DNA of 64,000 bases from sequence record EF437941, one strand, 5' to 3'. This stretch comes from Escherichia phage Phi1. Both the position numbers and the translations under genes were made by a program. Shown here in pieces: positions 52,448 to 59,663 of the stretch (position 1 is its first letter; every line of letters begins with the position of its first letter). The notes beneath the pieces are model-generated. The model was not told the DNA's origin, did not search any database, and was given only the letters and a program-made list of their open reading frames with translations.

Positions 52448-52966
52448 TTAGTTATTTTTTAATTGCTCATCTTGCAATAGGGAAATCACATGCTGGCGAT
52501 GTTCTTCCGATTGAGGGACACCGAAAAAGTTTGTTTTGTAGAAATACTCTAATCGGTCTTCTCGTGTGCTCTCTTCCATCATGATCGCGGGTAGTCCGAG
52601 ATTTCGGAAACGTCGCTTTTCTGCTGGCGTAAAATCACTGTAATACAGCATAGAATCATCGTTACCAGCAATGCTAAACTCATCATTCATGAAGGAGAAT
52701 ATTGCGTTTAAACGCTGTTTACCGTCCACGATTTCGATCTCATAGCGAGAGCCATCATCAATCTTAGCCATTGCGATAGCACCAACCGGAAAATCATTAA
52801 TCAGGTTTTCGATAAACATACGTTTGTTTTCGGTGTCCCATACCAAAGGACGCTGATAATCTGGGTTCATGTTGATATAGCCATCTTCTAACCACGCCTC
52901 ATAAACAGAGATGACAAAGTTTTTAGTATTGGTATAGTAACGGCGTTTAGGCGTTAAACGGTTCAT
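52448..52966 (-). CDS. DUF262 / ParB-like nuclease-NTPase domain protein
   Basis: Start set to ATG at 52966 (RBS AGGAGA); PDYQRPLVW ... FIENLINDFPVGAI ... IVDGKQRLNAI matches the DUF262 signature (pFQR..W / DGQQR). Confidence 0.65.
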   Translation of the reverse strand: MNRLTPKRRYYTNTKNFVISVYEAWLEDGYINMNPDYQRPLVWDTENKRMFIENLINDFPVGAIAMAKIDDGSRYEIEIVDGKQRLNAIFSFMNDEFSIAGNDDSMLYYSDFTPAEKRRFRNLGLPAIMMEESTREDRLEYFYKTNFFGVPQSEEHRQHVISLLQDEQLKNN

Positions 52967-52967
52967 G

Positions 52968-53300
52968 TTATAGTCTCCTGAATGGATCATCACGTAAATC
53001 AATATCTTTTAAGAACTCATCCCATGAATGGCGGATATTGTTCTTAATTCTCCAGATAAGCGCAGGGATTGAACGCTCTCCCATCTGGAAGTAAGGATCA
53101 TATGATCCGTATGCCCAATATGCTACTACAATTCCACAATCAGCGCAATAATATTCTATTTCACTTGCTGGCGACCAAAGTCCATCAATATGATCGGTGA
53201 TCCTGCTTTCGATGTTATGGCTATGGCAATCAGGGCAACGGATGCAATGACCTTGTTTATCGTAATTTGACGTTAGCGAATACTTAAACAATCTCATCAT
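52968..53300 (-). CDS. Zn-ribbon protein (110 aa)
   Basis: CIRCPDCHSH ... YCADCG Cys/His clusters; translationally coupled to neighbours. Confidence 0.5.
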   Translation of the reverse strand: MMRLFKYSLTSNYDKQGHCIRCPDCHSHNIESRITDHIDGLWSPASEIEYYCADCGIVVAYWAYGSYDPYFQMGERSIPALIWRIKNNIRHSWDEFLKDIDLRDDPFRRL

Positions 53301-54013
53301 AGATCCTTATTGGCTTCAAATACTGCCTTTGCGAATCCTCGCGGGGTAAGTGACCTGATAGTCTTTGTTCTGGTTCCTTTCCCGCCTAGCTTAGAATGCT
53401 GTTTACTGTACCCTTTATTAATATGCAACGGTTTCTTTTCTGGCATTATAAAGCCTTGTCCGGTCCATAAGCAAGTCTTTTTCGGGTACATATCACGGGC
53501 GGCAATATACTCAGGAAACGTAGGATGTTTATCATCTTCCGGCAAATAACCGCCATATTCCCACGGATGGAACATGTAATCAGGCTTACGCCACATACTA
53601 GAGATAACGCTTACAGGATTCTCTATCATGTAGGGAACTCCTAGCCATTCACCCAAATAAGCGGTTATTTTAGCTGCCCGTACATCATGAACTTGAATCA
53701 ATGGTCCTTGTTCTCGTTTCTTTCGTTCAAAGTGTGCAGCGCCACTAACAGCTAAATTGGTGCACGGTGGGAATGCAAATATAATATCCGGTTTCCCCCA
53801 TTCAAGGTCCATTGCTCTTTCCAGCCAGTTCAAATCAATCCAGGTGTTTACATAAGTAATGTTTGGATGTTCAAATCTGGTATTATACTTTTTGTATGTA
53901 CCGTGGTCGGCGTCATCCGCATTAAAGCAGACTACCTTATGACCTGCTTTAGCCCATTCTAGCCCCATTATCCCCGATCCGTCAAAGTTGCAGAATATTA
54001 ATTTTTGTTTCAT
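53297..54013 (-). CDS. C5-cytosine methyltransferase-like protein (truncated, 238 aa)
   Basis: Motif I FCNFDGSGIMGLEWAKAG (FxGxGG), motif IV FAFPPCTNLAVSG (PC), motif VI MIENPVS (ENV-like), C-terminal SLTPRGFAKAV; no obvious target-recognition domain. Confidence 0.55.
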   Translation of the reverse strand: MKQKLIFCNFDGSGIMGLEWAKAGHKVVCFNADDADHGTYKKYNTRFEHPNITYVNTWIDLNWLERAMDLEWGKPDIIFAFPPCTNLAVSGAAHFERKKREQGPLIQVHDVRAAKITAYLGEWLGVPYMIENPVSVISSMWRKPDYMFHPWEYGGYLPEDDKHPTFPEYIAARDMYPKKTCLWTGQGFIMPEKKPLHINKGYSKQHSKLGGKGTRTKTIRSLTPRGFAKAVFEANKDL

Positions 54014-54255
54014 ATACGACCCTTTAACCCAGCACAGATTTTAGTCGGTTCTTTACCGTGCCACATTAAGTAAAGTCCGTTAATGCGACCTTGTTTTGTG
54101 TGTGATTCTTTTCTGATCTTCTTATAGTGTCGTGCTTCCTCAACTGATTGTTTAGAATACCAATCATAAAGGAAGAGGCACAAAGGCCAACCATTAGCGG
54201 CCTTAATGCAGTTATTAAGAAATTCCTTATTGCGTTTAATTAATTTTCTTTTCAC
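54010..54255 (-). CDS. hypothetical protein (81 aa)
   Basis: GTG start overlapping the upstream stop; coding status less certain. Confidence 0.4.
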   Translation of the reverse strand: MKRKLIKRNKEFLNNCIKAANGWPLCLFLYDWYSKQSVEEARHYKKIRKESHTKQGRINGLYLMWHGKEPTKICAGLKGRI

Positions 54256-54503
54256 GCTGCCCCCATTGGTTTGATAGTAACAGAATCTAAAAGACCTTTG
54301 TTAGCCAGTTCGCGGCAAGTTTTCAGATCCGTAACTTCCCAGCCAGCCGCAATCAGGTTATCGATGAGGCTGTTAGCTACTTCCTCGCTCATGAAAGAGC
54401 ACTGTTTGCCGATGGTGTAGCGCACACGATGTAATTTCAGTTTACGGAAGCCTTTAACGTTCAGGTCTTTAGCGATTTTCTTTGCGGTTTCGATGTTAGC
54501 CAT
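54252..54503 (-). CDS. hypothetical protein (83 aa), first gene of the operon
   Basis: ATG directly downstream of early promoter cassette 3. Confidence 0.5.
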   Translation of the reverse strand: MANIETAKKIAKDLNVKGFRKLKLHRVRYTIGKQCSFMSEEVANSLIDNLIAAGWEVTDLKTCRELANKGLLDSVTIKPMGAA

Positions 54504-54587
54504 TGTTTGATTCTCCTAAGTGGTATCTCGTTTCGATGGTTGTATTGTAGGGGGAGTTATCCTCCCCTGTCAACACTTTTTATAAAA
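54504..54587 (-). promoter_or_regulatory. early promoter cassette 3
   Basis: TTGACA, palindromic spacer GGGGAGGATAACTCCCCC, conserved leader and RBS. Confidence 0.55.
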
Positions 54588-54755
54588 TTATTTGTTAATT
54601 TCTGGTGCGTTGCTAGGATAGTAACCTTCTTTAACTCCGAGGTATTTCGCAACCATCCCTACAATCTTCTGTGCTACTACAATGTCAAATTTCAGATAAT
54701 CTTCGCCGTGGGTTTCAATGATATATGCTTCACATGCTGCTTTAGTCTCGAACAT
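54588..54755 (-). CDS. hypothetical protein (55 aa), copy 1 of a duplicated gene
   Basis: MFETKAACEAYIIETHGEDYLKFDIVVAQKIVGMVAKYLGVKEGYYPSNAPEINK; paralogue at 57863..58030. Confidence 0.55.
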   Translation of the reverse strand: MFETKAACEAYIIETHGEDYLKFDIVVAQKIVGMVAKYLGVKEGYYPSNAPEINK

Positions 54756-54831
54756 TTTGATTCTCCTATTTCGTTTCGGTATGTGTGTAGTATAGGGGAT
54801 CTCCCGACCCCCGTCAACAACTTTTTTAAAA
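54756..54831 (-). promoter_or_regulatory. early promoter cassette 4
   Basis: TTGACG, spacer GGGGTCGGGAGATCCCC, conserved leader. Confidence 0.55.
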
Positions 54832-55113
54832 TTATTCGTGATTAGTTTCGATGTTGTGCATTTTGCACCAGTTCAACCAATCACCCATATCTTGATAGTT
54901 GATGCTTTTATCTGCTGCCATCGTTTTTGTCTTGATACCCATATGTGCGTTATGAGTAAGCATTTTTACAGTGAACTCAATTTTATCGCCTTTAGCTTTA
55001 ACATCAACCAGTTTGGTCCACTGGCTACCAGCGCCGCGAATGTTCATACCAACGATGTTTCCGATGTATGCTTCTTTGTTTTTCAGGATTTCGGTTGCTT
55101 TGATGAATTTCAT
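54832..55113 (-). CDS. hypothetical early protein (93 aa)
   Basis: ATG with RBS GGAGAA. Confidence 0.5.
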   Translation of the reverse strand: MKFIKATEILKNKEAYIGNIVGMNIRGAGSQWTKLVDVKAKGDKIEFTVKMLTHNAHMGIKTKTMAADKSINYQDMGDWLNWCKMHNIETNHE

Positions 55114-55183
55114 TTTTGATTCTCCAGTTCGTTTCGGTATGGGTGTATTATGCTATGTTCTTACTTTGGTGTCAACAACTTTT
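55114..55183 (-). promoter_or_regulatory. early promoter cassette 5
   Basis: TTGACA, 17-19 bp, CATAAT, conserved leader. Confidence 0.55.
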
Positions 55184-55453
55184 TTAGATATTTTCAGAAA
55201 TAAATTTTAAAACTTGACGTAAATGTTTCTCATCTTTGATAGTCGCCGGAAGTTCTTCTTTTACTTCCTGTGCAAGATAGATATTTCCGTTCCAAGTGAA
55301 AGATCCGTCTTTGTTTACGCGATAGCTGAACATCCACTCGCAATCATTTTCGATTTCATATACACACAGAAGGGTGTAATCGTTAAAGCTATTGATTTCA
55401 AGGTCGAAGCCGTGACGTTTTGCAAAGTTGGTAGTGGTTTTAGTCAGTGCCAT
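55184..55453 (-). CDS. hypothetical early protein (89 aa)
   Basis: ATG with conserved leader and RBS. Confidence 0.5.
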   Translation of the reverse strand: MALTKTTTNFAKRHGFDLEINSFNDYTLLCVYEIENDCEWMFSYRVNKDGSFTWNGNIYLAQEVKEELPATIKDEKHLRQVLKFISENI

Positions 55454-55545
55454 TGTTTGATTCTCCTAAGTGGTATCTCGTTTCGATGGGTGTATTATGC
55501 TATAGGTCGGATCTGGTGTCAATTCTTTTTTTAAAATTTTATGCA
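55454..55545 (-). promoter_or_regulatory. early promoter cassette 6
   Basis: TTGACA variant with conserved leader. Confidence 0.5.
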
Positions 55546-55572
55546 ATAAAAAAGCCGACGCTAAGGTCGGCT
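55546..55572 (-). terminator. rho-independent terminator (- strand)
   Basis: On the - strand: AGCCGACC-TTAGC-GTCGGCT followed by TTTTTTATT. Confidence 0.65.
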
Positions 55573-55579
55573 AATAAAA

Positions 55580-55888
55580 TCATTTAGACAAATAATCATT
55601 CAGTGCAATCCGGTCGGCGTATGCTGGTGTTACGTCAATCGCAATCACTTTAACGCGTGCTTTCTTGCGACCTGGGTTTTCACGTAACCAGTGCTCATGA
55701 CCGTGAACATTTTTATACTGCGATGCTTCTTCGAAGGTACGGATCGGACCTGGGTAATCAGCGTAAAGGATCTCTAGATCTTCGGTGATGTAAAAATATA
55801 CATCATAATTACTGTTCTCTAGTTTAAGCAGAGACTTTCGGAACATTGGGAGATTTTCGCGGGTAAATTCAAAGATATTATCTTTCAT
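55580..55888 (-). CDS. HxHW-motif small protein (102 aa), family member
   Basis: HGHEHW ... VIAIDVTPAYAD. Confidence 0.55.
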   Translation of the reverse strand: MKDNIFEFTRENLPMFRKSLLKLENSNYDVYFYITEDLEILYADYPGPIRTFEEASQYKNVHGHEHWLRENPGRKKARVKVIAIDVTPAYADRIALNDYLSK

Positions 55889-55938
55889 AGTATTATCCTC
55901 AATAGTTGGATGAGAAGGGGCGTTAACGCCCCCATATA

Positions 55939-56226
55939 TTAAAACAGTCCTTCATGTACACCGTAGTAGAGTTCGTCGCTGATAATTTCATTAATGCGAC
56001 GGTGTGCATATTCCTGATTTGCGAAGTTGTCAGCAAGTTCTACTTTAGTTTCGCCGTCATGAGTCCATTTAGTGATAACTTTACCATCTGCAAATTTGAA
56101 GTTGAACTCTTTAGCTACTGCATCGCGTACCAGACGTGCAAACTTATTGTTGCGGATTGCATTGTCGGTTTCGTGTGAAGCGTGAGCAAATTTGTTAACT
56201 TTCAGAGTGATAGTGATGTATGCCAT
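55939..56226 (-). CDS. hypothetical early protein (95 aa)
   Basis: Shares the AKEFN.K segment with the ORF at 59265..59576. Confidence 0.5.
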   Translation of the reverse strand: MAYITITLKVNKFAHASHETDNAIRNNKFARLVRDAVAKEFNFKFADGKVITKWTHDGETKVELADNFANQEYAHRRINEIISDELYYGVHEGLF

Positions 56227-56307
56227 AATTTGATTCTCCTAGTTAGAAAGTGTATCTCGTTTTGATGGGGATATTATGCTATATCCCCGATCCGGTGTCA
56301 ACACTTT
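56227..56307 (-). promoter_or_regulatory. early promoter cassette 7
   Basis: TTGACA, spacer with GATC, conserved leader. Confidence 0.55.
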
Positions 56308-56586
56308 TTATAAAATAATTTTTTGATATTTTTCTATGATGTTCGTGTAAGTCACATCAACCGCTAGCACCGTTGCTTCGAATCCACCGTTTAGCCAATG
56401 GCTATGATCATGGTCGTGAAAGAAACCTAGACCAGTACGAAGACCTTCTTTATATTCTGCGCGTACATTCAGTTTGTCGTCGATAAACAGATAAAACCAT
56501 GAATTTTTACTAGGATTGATGATACAACCTTTCAGATTAGGGAGAATATCACGACTAAGAATAAACTTATCACCTACTTTGAACAT
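56308..56586 (-). CDS. HxHW-motif small protein (92 aa)
   Basis: Start set to ATG at 56586 (RBS GAGGA); HDHDHSHW ... VLAVDV. Confidence 0.55.
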   Translation of the reverse strand: MFKVGDKFILSRDILPNLKGCIINPSKNSWFYLFIDDKLNVRAEYKEGLRTGLGFFHDHDHSHWLNGGFEATVLAVDVTYTNIIEKYQKIIL

Positions 56587-56590
56587 AATA

Positions 56591-56911
56591 TTAGTCCTCA
56601 CTTATAAGGTCAAACCAATTGTTTTTCGCATAATGCTTAATGCGTGCTTGATCTGCTTCCGCTGGTGATAGATTCCATGCAACCACTACAACTTCTGACG
56701 CATCGTCATCCGTTTCTGATACCCAATGATTGTGATTCATACAGTTATTTGCTATCGAGTGAGCAAATGATTTCATCACTGGAGACGTATAATCATAGTA
56801 ACGGATTTTCAGATTTTCATCAACATACAAATAGATCGTATAAGGTTTATATTCAGTAACCAGTAACAGACAGTTACGCAATTCTGGGAAAATCTTTTTA
56901 GTTAATTTCAT
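56591..56911 (-). CDS. HxHW-motif small protein (106 aa)
   Basis: NHNHW ... SPAEAD. Confidence 0.5.
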   Translation of the reverse strand: MKLTKKIFPELRNCLLLVTEYKPYTIYLYVDENLKIRYYDYTSPVMKSFAHSIANNCMNHNHWVSETDDDASEVVVVAWNLSPAEADQARIKHYAKNNWFDLISED

Positions 56912-57113
56912 ATTCTAGTTCTCCGTAATACACGGTAATCCATTTTTCTTCATACTTTGTATCTTTCCAACACACAATACCGTTTACTGTGCAATCTTTG
57001 GAATTGACGAATGATTCATATTGTTCCGCATCTTCCATCATTTCATGAGCGGTCTTTTCATCGAATATATCGCAGATCGCTTTATATGCTCGATAATCTT
57101 TAAATTTGCTCAT
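56898..57113 (-). CDS. hypothetical protein (71 aa), tandem paralogue B
   Basis: Start set to ATG at 57113; MSKFKDYRAYKAI... Confidence 0.5.
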   Translation of the reverse strand: MSKFKDYRAYKAICDIFDEKTAHEMMEDAEQYESFVNSKDCTVNGIVCWKDTKYEEKWITVYYGELEYEIN

Positions 57114-57115
57114 AA

Positions 57116-57325
57116 TTAACACCACTCAAGAGTTTTTGAAAACACATCTATCCATTGTTGAGTATATGCGGTTTCTTTCCATGATACAATACCAGTCGAA
57201 TAATGGTTTTTGTTTCCAGAAAAGGACGGGCATTTTGATGCATCTTCCATCATCTTTTCGGCGAACTCTGGTTCGTATACTCGCAAGATCTGTTGATATG
57301 CTTTATAATCTTTAAACTTACTCAT
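57116..57325 (-). CDS. hypothetical protein (69 aa), tandem paralogue A
   Basis: MSKFKDYKAYQQI...; similar to the adjacent 71-aa ORF. Confidence 0.5.
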   Translation of the reverse strand: MSKFKDYKAYQQILRVYEPEFAEKMMEDASKCPSFSGNKNHYSTGIVSWKETAYTQQWIDVFSKTLEWC

Positions 57326-57606
57326 AACAACACCACCGATACATCGTAATCATTCGCGGCCTTATCGGCTTCTTCAACCGACATAATACCTTCTGCGACA
57401 ATTGGCATAGGGTGATCGTGATTCCACCAATGGTCATGTATATCAATTTCAGTTTTGCCGGAAAATGAATCATGTTTGACGTTTTTCACTTTATACCCGA
57501 TGTGACCGTCGTGGTCAATAAAGATATAGTTTCCGAAAATCGGTGTCTGTAAAATCATACCGAAAAATTTTTCTTTGTTGTTCGGGTCGAGTGTAATCAT
57601 TTTCAT
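57322..57606 (-). CDS. HxHW-motif small protein (94 aa)
   Basis: HDHWWNHDH ... EEADKAANDY. Confidence 0.55.
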   Translation of the reverse strand: MKMITLDPNNKEKFFGMILQTPIFGNYIFIDHDGHIGYKVKNVKHDSFSGKTEIDIHDHWWNHDHPMPIVAEGIMSVEEADKAANDYDVSVVLL

Positions 57607-57618
57607 AATATATTCCTC

Positions 57619-57798
57619 TTAGAAAGGGATGGTCATTTCTTGAGCTTGTACATTCTCATTAGGATTAAACTTAATCCAACCGATATTGTCTACCAGCATA
57701 TGCACATTTTTATCATATCCTACGTGAGTAGTCAACACTAAATGTGATTTACCTTCAACGATGATTTCCATGTACTTCTGAACTTCGATAGCTTTCAT
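57619..57798 (-). CDS. hypothetical protein (59 aa)
   Basis: ATG with RBS GGAGAA immediately downstream of promoter cassette 8; below the ORF-track cut-off. Confidence 0.4.
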   Translation of the reverse strand: MKAIEVQKYMEIIVEGKSHLVLTTHVGYDKNVHMLVDNIGWIKFNPNENVQAQEMTIPF

Positions 57799-57862
57799 TT
57801 TGATTCTCCGTTTGTTGTCTTGATGGGAGTATCTTACTACTCCCTTTAATCATTGTCAACTA
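57799..57862 (-). promoter_or_regulatory. early promoter cassette 8
   Basis: TTGACA, 17 bp, TAAGAT. Confidence 0.5.
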
Positions 57863-58030
57863 TTATTTGTTAATTTCCGGTGCGTTGCTTGGATAGTAAC
57901 CTTCTTTAACACCCAGATATTTTGCAACCATTCCGGTGATCTTCTGTGCTACTACGATATCGAATTTCAGGTAGTCTTCACCGTGGGTTGCTACAAAGTA
58001 TGCTTCGCATTCTGCTTTAGTCTGGAACAT
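57863..58030 (-). CDS. hypothetical protein (55 aa), copy 2 of a duplicated gene
   Basis: Start set to the internal ATG at 58030; MFQTKAECEAYFVATHGEDYLKFDIVVAQKITGMVAKYLGVKEGYYPSNAPEINK. Confidence 0.55.
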   Translation of the reverse strand: MFQTKAECEAYFVATHGEDYLKFDIVVAQKITGMVAKYLGVKEGYYPSNAPEINK

Positions 58031-58100
58031 TTTGATTCTCCTATATCTCGTTGGTATGTGTGTAGTATAGGGGATCGGTGATCCCCTGTCAACAACTTTT
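58031..58100 (-). promoter_or_regulatory. early promoter cassette 9 (GATC palindrome)
   Basis: TTGACA, spacer GGGGATCACCGATCCCC, conserved leader. Confidence 0.6.
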
Positions 58101-58409
58101 TTATTCTTCATCTTCATTTTTATCTTTATATGCGTACTTCATAAATTTGTCTGCTACTTTGTCCGCGTTTTCAGGTTCTACGTCTGACGCTAGGACAACA
58201 GCTAGTTCGGTTTTGTCGTTTCCATCATACCAATGATTATGAGTGTCGTTTTCTTCGATATAAAACGAATCATTTGGAGTTGTGCGACAATATACGTCTA
58301 AATTCCCATCGATATAAAAGATCCAATCCGAATACAAAATGATTGCGTTAGCCAGATTTTTATTGTCTCTTACAAAAGGTTCCGCGACAAATAGCTTAGT
58401 TTGTTCCAT
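58101..58409 (-). CDS. HxHW-motif small protein (102 aa)
   Basis: Start set to ATG at 58409 (RBS GAGGA); THNHW ... AVVLASDVEPENAD. Confidence 0.5.
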   Translation of the reverse strand: MEQTKLFVAEPFVRDNKNLANAIILYSDWIFYIDGNLDVYCRTTPNDSFYIEENDTHNHWYDGNDKTELAVVLASDVEPENADKVADKFMKYAYKDKNEDEE

Positions 58410-58425
58410 AATATTTTCCTCAAAA

Positions 58426-58617
58426 TTATACAGCTTCGTAAACTTCCCAATGTTCAGCGCCAACACGCTTAACGAAAAGGTTTTCTTTGATGTTATTCAT
58501 AAACGTCTGGATGGATTTAATGCGGTTGGAAGGTTTCCAGTCTTCGTTGGCATTGCGATGATACATAATAACATTACCAGTTCGCTTATATTCAGCAACC
58601 ATTTTAAGACCACACAT
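58426..58617 (-). CDS. hypothetical protein (63 aa)
   Basis: ATG with RBS GAGGA. Confidence 0.45.
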   Translation of the reverse strand: MCGLKMVAEYKRTGNVIMYHRNANEDWKPSNRIKSIQTFMNNIKENLFVKRVGAEHWEVYEAV

Positions 58618-58674
58618 AATATTATCCTCAATTTGTGGGAGAGTATTACCCCTCCCAATGATTGTTATGTTATA

Positions 58675-58995
58675 TCACACAAAATGGCGTGTCAATGCTT
58701 CTTTTGCGGTTCCGCTAAGACTTTCGATCTCGCCTGGCATAACATCAACCGCCAGAACTTCTACAACATCCTCGGACCCTAACCAGTGAGTATGGCCTTT
58801 GTAGAACTTGATAACCAGACTACCTTCCTCATCCCATTTAACACTATCGCTAGCCCACCACACATCACCGTCGATAAAGTTGATGTAAAGCACACTACGC
58901 CACATTGAATTAATTACTTTCAATACTGCGCCTTTCATCTCTTCCACGGTATGGTCTTCCATTTTGAAGACCTCACCTACCTGAACTTTTGCCAT
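58675..58995 (-). CDS. HxHW-motif small protein (106 aa)
   Basis: GHTHW ... VLAVDVMPGE. Confidence 0.55.
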   Translation of the reverse strand: MAKVQVGEVFKMEDHTVEEMKGAVLKVINSMWRSVLYINFIDGDVWWASDSVKWDEEGSLVIKFYKGHTHWLGSEDVVEVLAVDVMPGEIESLSGTAKEALTRHFV

Positions 58996-59012
58996 TTAGT
59001 CACCTCTCTTTA

Positions 59013-59192
59013 TTACATAACAATCACGCCAGCCGTTGAAAGTTGATGTTTCAACTGAGCATTTTCTGCTACCGTCAAATCAATGATTTCTTGTGACGCT
59101 GCAATCATATATCCATTGGTGATATTGTTTTGCATCAGTTCAATGGTTTCTTCGTTGTAGCGGATTTTAGCGATGATTTCGTTGAAGTTCAT
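59013..59192 (-). CDS. hypothetical protein (59 aa)
   Basis: ATG with RBS AGGAGA downstream of promoter cassette 10; below the ORF-track cut-off. Confidence 0.4.
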   Translation of the reverse strand: MNFNEIIAKIRYNEETIELMQNNITNGYMIAASQEIIDLTVAENAQLKHQLSTAGVIVM

Positions 59193-59264
59193 GATTGATT
59201 CTCCTAGTTCGTTTCGGTATGTGTGTATTATAGGGGATCTCCCGATCCCCTGTCAACAACTTTT
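59193..59264 (-). promoter_or_regulatory. early promoter cassette 10 (GATC palindrome)
   Basis: TTGACA, spacer GGGGATCGGGAGATCCCC, conserved leader. Confidence 0.6.
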
Positions 59265-59576
59265 TTAAAGTTTTTCCATGATAACGGTCATAATTACATC
59301 TTCTGCGCGAGCGGTCAGATTATCAGCGTCAGCATGTGGGCGGTTGGTTGTTACAGAGATAACACCGTTGCGCACTGGTTTGATATTGATATCAAGATGA
59401 TCCGCGAAACGTTCGCCAGTTACAGAATGAATTTTGGTGTTAAATTCTTTTGCCAGTGCCTTGCGAACTTCACGAATCAGGGTAGCGTTTTTCAGTTGGT
59501 TCTCCGCGCTCATGGTCTTCTGGGTGTTCATGGTTCCGTCGAAGTCAATCATTGGCAGCGTTACGATGTATTTCAT
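59265..59576 (-). CDS. hypothetical early protein (103 aa)
   Basis: ATG with conserved leader and RBS. Confidence 0.5.
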   Translation of the reverse strand: MKYIVTLPMIDFDGTMNTQKTMSAENQLKNATLIREVRKALAKEFNTKIHSVTGERFADHLDINIKPVRNGVISVTTNRPHADADNLTARAEDVIMTVIMEKL

Positions 59577-59663
59577 TTTTGATTCTCCGTTTAAGAAAGT
59601 GTGTTTCGTTTTGATGTGTGTATTATAAGGGGATCACCGATCCCCTGTCAACAACTTTTTGAA
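59577..59663 (-). promoter_or_regulatory. early promoter cassette 11 (GATC palindrome)
   Basis: TTGACA, spacer GGGGATCGGTGATCCCC, conserved leader. Confidence 0.6.

Noticed and set aside
51887-59663. Possible CRISPR array suggested by regularly recurring repeats
   Set aside because: The repeats are about 65-bp promoter cassettes separated by protein-coding ORFs of very different lengths (0.2-2 kb), not short direct repeats with uniform spacers.
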